This document shows, in pieces, positions 28,286 through 40,729 of a stretch of 64,000 bases of DNA. This stretch comes from Rotaria socialis (taxonomy: Eukaryota), in assembly GCA_905331295.1 (NCBI GenBank), contig CAJNYD010000322.1:248001-312000 (forward strand), in the 5' to 3' direction. The notes beneath the pieces were generated by a model. It searched no databases and was not told the DNA's origin. It saw only the letters and a program-made list of their open reading frames with translations. A program made the translations under genes and the position numbers. The number at the start of each line of letters is the position of its first letter. The stretch's first letter is position 1.

Positions 28286-29451
28286 ATGTCAGAAAATGAA
28301 CATGATGTAGAAGAACAAGCATTCTTGAAAGAAGTTACAGCTCATCTACCATCAGACTGGTCAGATGAACGAAGGAATACTTATGTTCAAAGTGTATTAA
28401 CTAGTTGGCAAAAACATCGAACACATTCACGTGATGAACTACAATCAAGGGAAAAATATTTATCTACTATACGGCAATATTTTAAACCCCAATCACTTGA
28501 ACTCTATGATTTTAAACAATGGCCAATCAATGAAAATCTCTTAGCGATGCTGGTTCGTGGCTCACTTGATTCTGATATTGTTAACCAAGTACATACATTT
28601 ATATATATATATATATATATATTGTCTTTTGAATGTCTATATGATTACATTAGCTATGTATATTTCTCGTTATAGATACAATCAACAGGTGTTTATACGT
28701 TTTCTTTTCTACCTACAACATTCTGTCAAACATTAATTAATGAAATAGCGTATTTCGAACAATGGTGTGCTGATAATGGGCTAGAATTGTATCGACCGAA
28801 TTCTATGAATAAATACGGTGTTATTCTTGATCATTTTGGATTTGGCAAATGCTTAAATGATATTATTAACAACATTGTAGAGCCACTAACTCGACTTGTA
28901 TTCACACATGTAATACCTCCTCTTGACTCTCATCGTGGTTTTATTGTTGAATATGCTATGGACAAGTAAAAATATTTCTTTCTTCATTATCAATCTCATT
29001 TCATGTTTATATATATATATATATATATATGTATAGAGATAGAAAACTTGATTTTCATGTTGATGAAGCTGCAGTAACGTTAAATGTTTGTCTTGGAACA
29101 GATTTTACAGGTGGTCAATTGTATTTTGGTGGAGTGCGCTGCGCATCTCATATTGGCACGACCAAACCAAGAGCCGATGAAGAGATTTATCTTGAACATC
29201 AAGTTGGTACAGCATGCCTTCATCTTGGTAATCATCGACATCGAGCAATGCCTATAACTAGTGGACGACGATTAAACTTAATTCTATGGGTAAGCTATGA
29301 TGAACAAATTCAATTACAGAAATAACAATTTATCTACATGTTCTTCTAGTGTCGATCAGCAAATTTTGATGCTGCTAAAAACAATCATGGAAGTAAAACA
29401 TGTCCAACTTGGTGTGGATTTCATCAAATCGAAAAGAAAGAAGATATTTAA
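28286..29451 (+). CDS. 2-oxoglutarate/Fe(II) dioxygenase, OGFOD2/CUPULIFORMIS-type, 4 exons
   Basis: Exons 28286-28588, 28676-28965, 29037-29289, 29350-29451. Motifs RPNSMNKYGVILD, LDSHRGFIVEY, HVD..VTLNVCLG (HxD), distal HRH, R-x-N-L-I-L-W|CRS. Confidence 0.9.
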
Positions 29452-29519
29452 AATATTTTTAAACTTTAGTTAATATTCAAGAAAAAACTAAAAGAAAAGT
29501 ACAACTAACATTCATAATT

Positions 29520-30181
29520 TTAATGAAATTTATTATTACTCAGGAGATTGACGATGAACATAACTATTGAAATTTGTTTGACTTTGTAAAAATTGAACTT
29601 CAAAATGATTATTGATTGTATCTTTGAATTTTTGAATGAATTATTCTTGTGCGAAAACTGTTGCATTATATTAACTAATGATTTGTCGTTTTCAATCGGT
29701 ATTTTCTGGTCAGATATTTGCACAACCACAACAATTAGTTATCTATTAACACCTGATAATTGAAATTTTACACGTGTTGTACAATGAACAAGTACATTCA
29801 ATTGTTCATAAACACTTTTATCACAATCTGCGCATGTGATAAACAGCTGCCCACCTACGTTATCAGTTGTGCTTCGATATAGAAAATCTTCTTCCAGAGA
29901 AATATAAGCTACATGCAAGTAATTATCAAATATATTTGTAGTGATTGGTAATAATGGATTATCAATATATTTTCTAATGCATAATTCTTTGCTTTTTCTA
30001 TTTGATTGATTATTAAACGTTTTGTTTTGGTAACATTTAATAAAATCACGATCACAAGAATGTTCAAAAAGGATTTGTTCATTAGCATATAGTTCAGTAA
30101 AGATAAGTTTCGTTTTCAGTATGTCAGCAGATCAAAATACATATGTATATACGTCAAAATGATCACGATGCACAATATCAA
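29520..30181 (-). pseudogene. Disabled ~220-codon exon of an unknown gene
   Basis: One frame runs from an AG acceptor at 30182-30183 to 29520 (DIVHRDHFDVYTYVF*SADILKTKLIFTELYANEQ..LSGVNR*LIVVVVQISDQK..). It is broken only by TGA at 30132-30134 and TAA at 29739-29741. Confidence 0.55.
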
Positions 30182-31766
30182 CTATGCATGCTAGGCTTTT
30201 TAAGAATATTTGTGGCCACAGAATTTGAGCTAGTATCGAACTCAACATGCAATAGCAAAGCCATGCTTTTTTCCTTCTTTTCACTGTTTCATAGAATGGC
30301 AACCGCAGATGAAGAACACGATAAAAAAAAAGTTGTTTGCTTTACAAGTCATGAAAAATAATTCAGTTGCCATGAGTCCTACTGTGATTTATCATTCAAC
30401 ATCGATGCAAATTGATGTATACGAATGAGTCATATATCAGTAGTCATGAGTAATGGATTTACACAGAAAATTTTGAGACGACTTGAATCTTTGCTGAAAG
30501 CATATGGATACAATTCAAGAAACTATTCTAATATACTGCGTTTGTATTTTTACCGAAGCTCAAATGATAATAATAATAATAAAATATTAAAACTTATGGC
30601 AATGTCTGTCGGAGATTGAAATAACATTTTTTAAATGTAACGTTATGATTTTATTGACAAATTAAACCACAGAATTTCTTTTTTTTTCCCATTGATTTAT
30701 AGTGGAAATGATATACACTTAGTCAACTTTTCTATAGAAAGTTCACTTACCACGACCTAACAACAACATGTAGGCATAAAAAAGAACTAATCAAACTAAT
30801 ACTCACCATCTAATCTCGCATCGAACTTAAAACAATCTCAATGTGAAACTTGAAGTAGACGAAATTTCCTTTTATTGAAGTTTTTATCTAGATTATATGC
30901 AAAATGAAAATTTGCCTATAGATAAATCTAATGCATCTAATGATCGATACAATAATTCTGAAACATTCAGACGTGAAATTTTCAAATGAACTGAATTTTT
31001 GTGAAATGTATATAGCAAGTTCCCGCTTTTATTTTTGAAAATGAATTCATTGATAGAGAAATATTCTACTAGTTATTTGAGATATCAATTGATGAAATTT
31101 TACGACGATATAGAATTGTCTTTTTTGTCTTTTTGGTAAACGTCTATCTAAAAGTTAATCAAGGTTTTAGTAAAAACAAGTATAGCATATTTACGTTGGT
31201 TAAGACTTGAGTGATAATATTGTCAATCAAATAAAACCTAAATTTTGATTGTAATTCTCATGTAAACTGAACAGTTCAAGAGATAGATGACCTTTTGCGA
31301 TTATTATTCAATATGACTTGATGTTCAAAATCAATCAAATAATTAAATTAAGAAAATTTATAAGTAAAATAATTGTTTGAGACCACTTCTATTTTGCAAG
31401 ATAAGCGAAGAACCATTTTCCTAGTGTTGAAAATTCAAATCAAATCCGTTTTTAAATTTCATTAGTTGTACAGCATAGATTAGAAAAATCTTAAAGTGGT
31501 TGTTCGCAAGGAATTTTCCTACGATCCATTTGAACTATGATTTCTATGTTAGAGTTTAATGTCATATATCGAATAAAATTCTCACATATTACTTCTAAAT
31601 CAATCAGATCTATTGTTTTAGTTAGACACATAGTTTATAACAAGAGTTCAAGGGAAATATTATTGTGTTTTGTTTTCTATATTGATATCATTCTTTAATG
31701 TAGTTCATGTATCATCGCTATTTTGCATATTTGATATACTAACAACACAGATTAATATTACCGGAT

Positions 31767-34441
31767 TTAATTGAGTAGGTGAGGTTTTTCTATGTATAAT
31801 TTCCAGATAAATTCACCAAATAAACTATTAGCCCATGCAAACCAAGATCGTGTATAATGCATTTGATTGTTGACATTTATTGATTCATGCATGAATCCTG
31901 TATTTCCATGAGATTTTTGCAACATTTTTAAACAAAGTCGTATTTCATCATTATCAATTGTTGTTAGTCCGCGCATAATAATTGCAAGTGGCCATGCCAT
32001 AGAATTTCCAACATGTGGTCCACCATTACCTGTTCAATAAAACATAGAATAAATTACTCCAATTCAATGAGAATAGTTAACCTTCAAGTAGATTTCCTTT
32101 AAAAAACCATGGATTGTCTGAACTGAGTACAAATTTTCTAGTATTTTGATAAATTGAATGTTTCAATGGGAAATCATCAGGACTTAAATAGGGTAATGAA
32201 AGAAGTGATGGAATATTAGAATCATCCATCAAATTTCGATTACCAAATCCATCTATCTCATACGAATAAATTAAACCGTGTGTTGGATGTTTAAATGTTA
32301 TTATTGTTTCTTGATTATTTGCTATTTTATCATCAAATAAAATATCATGCAAATCAGAAATCAATTTTAATATGTCGCCATTGAAATAATTTCCCCACTC
32401 TAATTTTTTTACGAGTTCTAATAATAGTTTTAAGGTATGATGTGCAAAAAATTGTGACGGTATAAGATACGGAAATTTTTGCAGATCATCGCTTGGTCGA
32501 AAAAATGTATGAATAAGACCATTCGGTTTAGCTTTGTGTCCGTGTGGGTCTGAAGGATGGCCTTGTCGTTGATATGTGTATATGCCTAAATTTGTAAACG
32601 GGAAATCATTTTTTTTAAATTCATCAAGTCAACAAAGAATACATGTAAAGAATCTTATTTTGTCGATTGGCTAATGAAAAGTTTTCTTAAGTTACCTGTC
32701 CACGAGAGAGTAGTGTATCGTATTATTTTACCATAAATATTTCTATTTCTATATGGCAGTCGAAATTCATTTGAATGGAAGATGATATGTTGAAATTTAA
32801 CACGTGTTCAAATAGATTTTCTTTCGCCATACATATTGGTTGCTTAAAATCAGAAGAAGAAAACCCTTATAGTAAAAAAGAAGAAGAAGAATATGCATAC
32901 TGTCAAATAATGATATCAAAACTAAGTTGAATTTTTTATTATATAGCTTTATTTGTATTTGACAATTTTCGACAAATCTTAAATATCTATTAGTTTCTGT
33001 TCCAAAGAAATTCATTATTCTATATCAACATCAACTCAAATATTGACTATCATTATGTAAGGGCAAATTTATAGGACAGTCATATTTCGTCAAAATTCTT
33101 TAGATTCATACGAATACTTATAATAAATATAGTCTCTAACAAAAACGAAAACCTTCATAAACGTTTGTTACGAAGTTATTATATTGAATAGCTAAACGTT
33201 GATAATAGATTCATGTAACTAGATACTCGAGAAAAACTCATATTTTATTACAATATCAAAGAATAAATAGAAGTAGGATTATTGACCCCATTATAATTAT
33301 ATCATAATGAAATCTTTGTTTATAAAACAAATGAGATAATCTGATAATATTACTCTATGCTAAAATTCAGAATAATAAGTGATGTTTACAGTGTCAAAAC
33401 TTTCCTAATGTTTTAGTGTCTTCAAGAAAAGCAAGCTACATCTCTTTACTTTTTAAAAAAGATATTTTTATATTGCGTTAATCTTTCATAATAAATATAA
33501 TTTTCTTTAAGCAATCGAAAAGAAAGAAATAGATTGATGATATAAAAGTCAATCATACTGAAAAGTTCCAGAACAAAAGTAGCTCTTGGATTTTCGTTTT
33601 CGTTTTCTTTACCTGATCCATTGAATCTTTGTTGCTCTTTCATGGTTTGCAAAATAATTCGAATCGTACTTCTGAATTCTTTTTCGTTCTCACGAAAAAA
33701 AGTCAAATCGTATTCAACTGCTTTCCAATATGAATGCATCAATCGTAAAACATAACAAAGAGAATCTAATTCCCATTTTCGTTCGTGTACGCCTGGACGC
33801 ATTTCTGTTCGGTCCATCCGTTTCCATTCACTAGTACGATTTGTATCTTTATAATGTGCGTTTGCATACGGGTCACGTTGAATGAATATACATTGTCGTA
33901 AGAGAACACCTTCAATCAATTGACGGAGTTTTCTATCAGAAGAAATCAAAGGTAGATAAGGATTTATTTGAGCACTTGAATCACGCAACCACATAGCATC
34001 AATATCGCCTGTAATAACATAAGTATCAGGTCGTTTTTCAGATGCTGCTTTTTCATCAAAATCAACAGTTGTGTCAAGCGTATTAGGAAAACAATTCTCA
34101 AATAACCATGAAAGTTCTTTATTTTTTATATTTTTCTTTATCTCTTCAATTAATGATTCTACTGCTGGACTAGTAAATCGTCGTTGATCGATAGGACGGC
34201 GTACTTTAGGAAAATCAGCAGTAGTAGTAGCATTTGTAATTGTAGTCTCTCTGATGACAGCAGCAGGAATAATCGGCATCAATCTATGTCCATCATGTGC
34301 ATGATACTTAATAGATGCCAGAGATGATGAGTCTTGTTGAGAAAATAAATGTATACATATGAATAGAGAGATAATACTGATAAAAACACCGATTAAAAAA
34401 GAGTATCGTCTACGGCGACATAATTGCGATGTTGAAGACAT
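31767..34441 (-). CDS. Glycoside hydrolase family 125 (exo-alpha-1,6-mannosidase / DUF1237) with N-terminal signal-anchor, 3 exons
   Basis: Exons 34441-33613, 32585-32082, 32029-31767. Motifs FENCFPNTLDTT, TGDIDAMWLRDSSAQ, ERKWELDSL, FRPSDD, MDDSNIPSLLSLPYL, GGPH, GFMHES, TRSWFAWANSLFGE. Confidence 0.95.
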
Positions 34442-36280
34442 CGAAAAAAAAAATTTTTAAATGTGAAGAAAAAATATGTCATTCTATGTCTATGCATTTT
34501 CTTCTTGAGTATACGTAGCCAGCTGCATTTCTTTTTGCCTCTTTTACGTAGGATTTTTGCTGTTCTCTCTTTTTTTTTTCATAACCATAATGCGAGACAC
34601 ACAATTGCTGCAGAATGCATAAACTGTTGCCATTAGAAACATATTGACTCATAAAACATCGATTAAAATAAAATAAAAATGATGCTGTGTATTATAAATG
34701 TAATGAAGTCAAAATTATTTGTTCCTATCTTCAGAATATTCACCGGTTGAGTTCTCTCAGATCTTATCTATTTCTGTGATCTCGTCATATTGTCAGAGCT
34801 CAGATAAATAATTCTAGAAAGCATCCATGGTTAAAATTGATTTATTAGTACTGCAGTCAAAATCTGGCATATGTTGAAACTCACGTTCAAATCCTCGTTG
34901 ATACATTTTTCTATGTGGTAAGACATGCAATGCTAAGTAATCAATGTCATTAAAATCAATAAATGTTGTTTCGACGAGTCTTATTACAAAGGCATGCCAA
35001 CAAATATAACGTGTATGCGAATGTGTACTCTAGAGGTTTAGTATCTAAAACCAGAATAGTCTTCTAACATAAATAGAATCTCAAATGTCTACCGATTCAA
35101 AAACTCTAAAAAAAAGAGATTCCTTAAATTAGCTTATATATCTAGCTGAAAAGTACTGGAACTTCTCGATTTTAATTTTCTTAAACATCCATGCCACAAA
35201 GATATGCATGTAGTAACATTCATTATCTTGCATAGACGTCCAAAGAACTTGTGACGAGAACTAACTGAAATGATTTTTCTATGATACAAAGTGTCCATGA
35301 AGAAAAAAATTAACAATATTATATCTAAATCTTTCTTTTTTTCTTGTAATAAATAAGCCACCTACACCCTCAAGTAATATTTGTAAAAGTGAAATAATCT
35401 TGGTCTTCATTGAATTTTTAAAATGAATAAAAGTTGTTTTATTCGTGACGAAAATTTATCTATAAAATATTGTTTACACTCATAAATGCTAAGAAATTTT
35501 GAACGGTGAAGATCTGCCGTGCAAGTAAGAAGAAACAGCACATAGTATTTATAGTCAAGTGACATATGATTCTTTGCGTTATCTCACAGATTTTCACTAA
35601 TAAAACTTCCAGATATTCTTAAGACGAAGACTAAAATAGAAAGAGAATTTCTCACGGAATGATGGAAATGAAATCTAGTAATAGAGAAAACTCGTTTTCA
35701 AACGACACAAGGTTAAATATATTCTAATGAACATGAAAACTATTTGAATTTTCTTGTGATGATGACTCTTTCAAATACGAAGTTTTTGTATACGTTTCAG
35801 AAAGTTACATATTTGTACAAAAATAATTATTTAGACTAATGCGCTATCTGAAGATTACCATTGGAACAATAGCATTTTAATCGAAAAGATAGTCGTTTTC
35901 AATTTTATATGATACAAGTAACAATCTCAATAGCTAATCGTTTTGTGCATTAATCTTATTTATACAACACTCACAAAAGCTGACTTACTAACATCACGAC
36001 ATAATAAATTGATTTCATTCGTTTAAAGATTGATTTCAAATCACATTTCAAAGACCCATCATTTTCAACTAACTAGAATGTACAGTAATAAAAAGAAACT
36101 ACTACAATTATCAAATGAACACCAAATTGATGAATTGATGAACAACAATGGCATTTTGTATTTGTCTGATTTTGAAATACTGAAGATAATCAAATTAAAT
36201 TAAATTAAAAAAGAAGACCATATTGAAACTTGAACAAAACCGAATGTGATAGCGCGCATTGTTAATTTGGATTTTTGTTT

Positions 36281-37507
36281 ATGTCTACTATTAGTTTTAA
36301 TTCATTCTTCGATAGTAATACATTACGTCGTTTATCGGTTCGTTTAATTTTAATTGGCTTTGCCATGTTTATGATGTGCTCAATCATGTGTGTCACACAA
36401 AATTATTATGTATTAACATATGCTTGTGGTATTTTAGCAATAACAATTGAAGGTAGCGTAAGTCTTTACTATCAATTTCGTGGTGAATGGACAGAATTTA
36501 AATGGTTTTCACCATCAATTATTTTATTTATTGTAACGTGTGTACCAACATTAAAAATACTTAAACAACATCAGTTGCATGTCAGTCAAATATTTAAACA
36601 GACTAATATCGAATTATTACTTAAACGTGATATGACATATTGCTTTAATATTACTTTCGAGTATAAATTCATTGGTTCTACTAAAACAAAATATCCACTA
36701 TATGCATTCAAGTGTTCAAAAGATGAATTGATTAATTTTAATAAAGATAATTTTAAATTAATGTGTTCTTTATTAACTAAAATACAATATCGTCAATGTG
36801 AATCATATAAAAAATGTCAAATTGATCCGAATTTATTTATTTTATGGTCATTTATGAAAGATGCATGTACAAGCTGGAGAGAACTAATTAATCGTTTTAC
36901 ATTAATTGGTATATTAAGTGATGAATTAGCTGGTTTCATGCTCATTGAACAACTACTTCTACTCGTATTGGTTCTTGTCAATTTGATATGGCCACAAACT
37001 GAAAGTTCGGAGGAAATTTATTTTGCTCAGATGTTACGTCAATATTTAGCTGCTGCACCTGACATTGTAGAATTCTATGGAAATTTTCATCAAGGAGAAA
37101 ATTTAAATAAATTACAAGATCGAAATAATTTGCAAACAGCTATATTTATTATATTTATTATGTCAACATTTCAATTCAGTATAAATCTACAAATGAAAAT
37201 AAAGCCCACAAAAAGTCTACATAGAAAAACATTTCTTCAAATAAATATGAAAAATAAATGTTTAGTTCTATTTGAATTAATTTTTTGTACATCAATGTGG
37301 TCTGTTATTTATATAACAATGACACAAGATTTACCATTTTTAATCATACGGTGGTATTTTCTTACTTTTATGTCGGATAGTTCAAGTAAAATGGTTTTCT
37401 TTTTAATGAAAAATGCTTTAACTATAATGATATCGTTTCATTCTGGTCTTAATGATATTATAGATTTTAAAGAAAATATTCAAAATATAAGAAGAAAAAC
37501 TAATTAA
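36281..37507 (+). CDS. TMEM26-like multipass membrane protein, single long exon
   Basis: Motifs KWFSPSIILF..VP, IEQLLLLVLV..IWP, AQML..Y..AAPDIVEF, QDLPFLIIR, FFLMKN match recalled TMEM26-family blocks. Divergent; true start uncertain (first ATG 36281). Confidence 0.7.
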   Translation: MSTISFNSFFDSNTLRRLSVRLILIGFAMFMMCSIMCVTQNYYVLTYACGILAITIEGSVSLYYQFRGEWTEFKWFSPSIILFIVTCVPTLKILKQHQLHVSQIFKQTNIELLLKRDMTYCFNITFEYKFIGSTKTKYPLYAFKCSKDELINFNKDNFKLMCSLLTKIQYRQCESYKKCQIDPNLFILWSFMKDACTSWRELINRFTLIGILSDELAGFMLIEQLLLLVLVLVNLIWPQTESSEEIYFAQMLRQYLAAAPDIVEFYGNFHQGENLNKLQDRNNLQTAIFIIFIMSTFQFSINLQMKIKPTKSLHRKTFLQINMKNKCLVLFELIFCTSMWSVIYITMTQDLPFLIIRWYFLTFMSDSSSKMVFFLMKNALTIMISFHSGLNDIIDFKENIQNIRRKTN

Positions 37508-39947
37508 AAAGTAAATTTATTTTTATTTTAGCTTCATGTAAGGTTCTGAAATTTAGTTAGGATCAGCATGTAAGATGTAACAAGATTTTTAATTGATTTT
37601 TGACTTTTATATTGCTTAACTGTATGACATAGATATGTAAAGTATATTCCAAGATTTTTACAAATAAAGATTATAGAAGCAAAAAAATATCAACACCGAG
37701 TAGTTTTTCTTCAATATTTCGAGTAAAATAAAGCTATTGCGAGTGTTTTGAACGAAGTTGTGAGCGTGCATGAAATGAAAATTTCCATTCATATGTGCAT
37801 CCTGTTTTTTTATTAGTTCGAAAGATTTAATTTGTTCATGCTTGATGATGCCATTCTTTTTTTTTAACAAAACAAATCTTTGATAACATGGCATATGCTT
37901 CTATTCTAACAAAACAAAAGTATGACCCATGCAGTTTTTCCCACAATATTTTTCTATAAAAACTAATTTAACTTCTATTTTACGAACAAATCCCTGTAAA
38001 TATTTTTAACAATGCTACTAAGTAAAATATTCAAAAATACTTCCTTGAATTTATTGGCAGTCAAGCTTCTACTGCATCTGTGATAGTCAGTTTTGAAACT
38101 ATACGATTTTATTCTAAGATGACCATCTGTTGTATGCCTCAATTTTCACAATTGTATGCGAGTATTTTCGTAAAGCAAACTGCAAATATATTATAGTACT
38201 ATTTCTTCTGTTGAGTAATAATGCTGCATTAATGATATCCAAATTTATCTTATCCGTGTTAATTTACTATTCACTGAGATAATCTAATATGGTCCCTCGA
38301 TATGTAAGCTTCTCAAGAGACAACTAAAATCACAGGAGAAACTCATTTTGAGCCATCCGGATGGCTAGTAGTAGACTGACACTGATAGGATAAATTGAAA
38401 TCGCCAGGAATGGATCGGAATGAATAAGAATTCCATGAAATAATTGAATGAGCTTTTTCTCCCTGGACTAGAGCAAATGCACAACAGAAATGGATTTGTT
38501 TAGGAATACATTTCAATTTGCTGCCATGCAGCAGGCAAAGATCAGAAACAAATGTTTTCGAATAAATTGCATGGCATTTTCCGATTTCTTCCTAAGGACA
38601 GAGACTCTTTCATATTATGGAACAGTGTTGATGTGATTAGAATCTATTTAAAAGAATCGTTTTTACGAATATTTAGTACAACATTTATTGTTTTAAAATC
38701 TGCATTAAGAACAGCTAAGGATAGGATCGAAACCAGTGCAAGTGAATAAAAAAAATAGTTAGATACAAATTGTAAAATTTCTATCTATTAATCTAGTCAA
38801 AATTTTTAATAACTATATTTTATTAGGCTCTCTGAAATGCTCAATGACAGCTCTAGCTATGGATAGCTCCTCATTTATAAAACATTAATCGATGTACACA
38901 ATTGATAAGTATATATTTTTTATAAATTAATTTTTTCAAGACACGGCGATAAATTCATCGAATGAAAAGTCTACTCTTCTATCTTATTGCTTTTAATGTT
39001 AGCTATGAGCAGAGGTATTACTAACACTTACTACGCTTGAAAATAGAAATTAAATCAACTGTCATACCTAAAATAGCGCTAGTATTTAAAAAAGTTTCCT
39101 TGAACAAATGAATGATCGTTGTTGGATATTTCTATCTGATACTCTATCTAAAATGTAAGTAGAATTCTTTTTCCTTTACATTTCAACGAAAAATAAAAAT
39201 ATGTAGCTATCAATCAACTGATATATATTGTGACATGCTTCCTTGACATATTGATTGTAAGAGATTCATAAATTATACTTTATTTGTACCATATAATTTT
39301 ACTTGTATGTTGAATGGCGATTTTAGTTATCCTTTGGAAAGGAATATTTTTCAAAGAAATCAAAACAATATAGATTTGCGCTATTCTATAACTATATTGT
39401 TAAAATAAATATCTGTCCATGCATCCTAAATAGTTGGCACAAATGATCCATGAACGAAATTTTAGCATCGAAAAGAAACAAAATAAGAGCAATCGCTATT
39501 GTTCTAAGTTGTAAAAATTCATTTAAGAAAGAAGAAGCGCTAGAAAATTTTCTCTTCTACGCGATAAAACTAAAAATTGATTAATATTTCAATTAAAAAC
39601 CAATTAGCTTTCATTTCGTAGTGTGCGAGTTATTTCTAGTTATGAAAATATTTGCCTAGTTATCGTTTATCGTAGGTATTATGACGGAAGAACGCCATCG
39701 ATGATGACATTGAAATAAAGCAATCAGAATGAAAAAAAATATGAGTTTGCAGAAGATGCAAAGAATATTTTAAATATACATGAGGCCTTCATTCGACTAT
39801 TCGAATCATCGAACCAGCTGTGCTCTCTTTCATTTTTTCTATAAATGCGTTTATCGTTTGACTACTGTGAGGATGAAAAGTCATATTTTCTTTTTTTTCC
39901 ACTGCACTCTTCCCTTTTCTTTTACAGTACAGAGATAGACGAAAGTT

Positions 39948-40638
39948 ATGCGATTTTATCCTCTTTTGCTATTCTTCTTCTCTCATCATCAATTTACTTC
40001 TATCACCATTGTTTCTTCCGTTCATGATTATGACTATTTTAATCAAAAGAATTCTTCAATTAAGATTGACCTTTATCAATGTGATACTCACAATGAAAAA
40101 TTTACAACAATTGCAAATACTATTGATACAATAGGAAATAATTTAACGAATTCTTGTAACGTCAGTTGTTGTGTATCGAATAGAATAAATGAAACAAGTA
40201 TACATGTATTAACATGAAATATTTATCAAATTTTGCTCTGTTTTGTTTTGTTCAGACTCTTCAAATACCTGCCAAGTAACGGTTCAATCTCTTACAGGTC
40301 TTTGTCTTAGTCGTCTCTGCTATTCGAATGATTGTTATCATTACTCATCATTGCTCAACAATACTTATAATAACAAAACTGAGAATAAAACAACAATTAT
40401 AGATCAAATTCGTTCTTTATTTTCTTACATTCGTTGGTCTGCACTTATCGATGAGGCCCAAACAAAATGGTCTACATGGATAAAGAGTACTGGTTTAACG
40501 ATACGTGATACGATTTTAGTTATCTTATCCATCGTAAATGTAACTTTAACACTTACGGCAATAATTGTAGTCATGAACTCAATTCGACAAGCAAAATTAA
40601 TAGACAGTAGAAAATCATATCGTTATACACTACTATGA
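39948..40638 (+). CDS. 210-aa type I membrane protein with small Cys-rich ectodomain
   Basis: Exons 39948-40197 and 40256-40638 (633 nt, in frame). N-terminal signal-like segment, 8 Cys, TM segment ILVILSIVNVTLTLTAIIVVM, tail ending YRYTLL. Confidence 0.75.
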
Positions 40639-40729
40639 TTCATGCATATTGTCATTTTTTTAAAATAAAGATCAGATTTAGGAGAAAACTACATTCTATT
40701 GAAAAATACTTGTTAATAAGGTAAAACAG

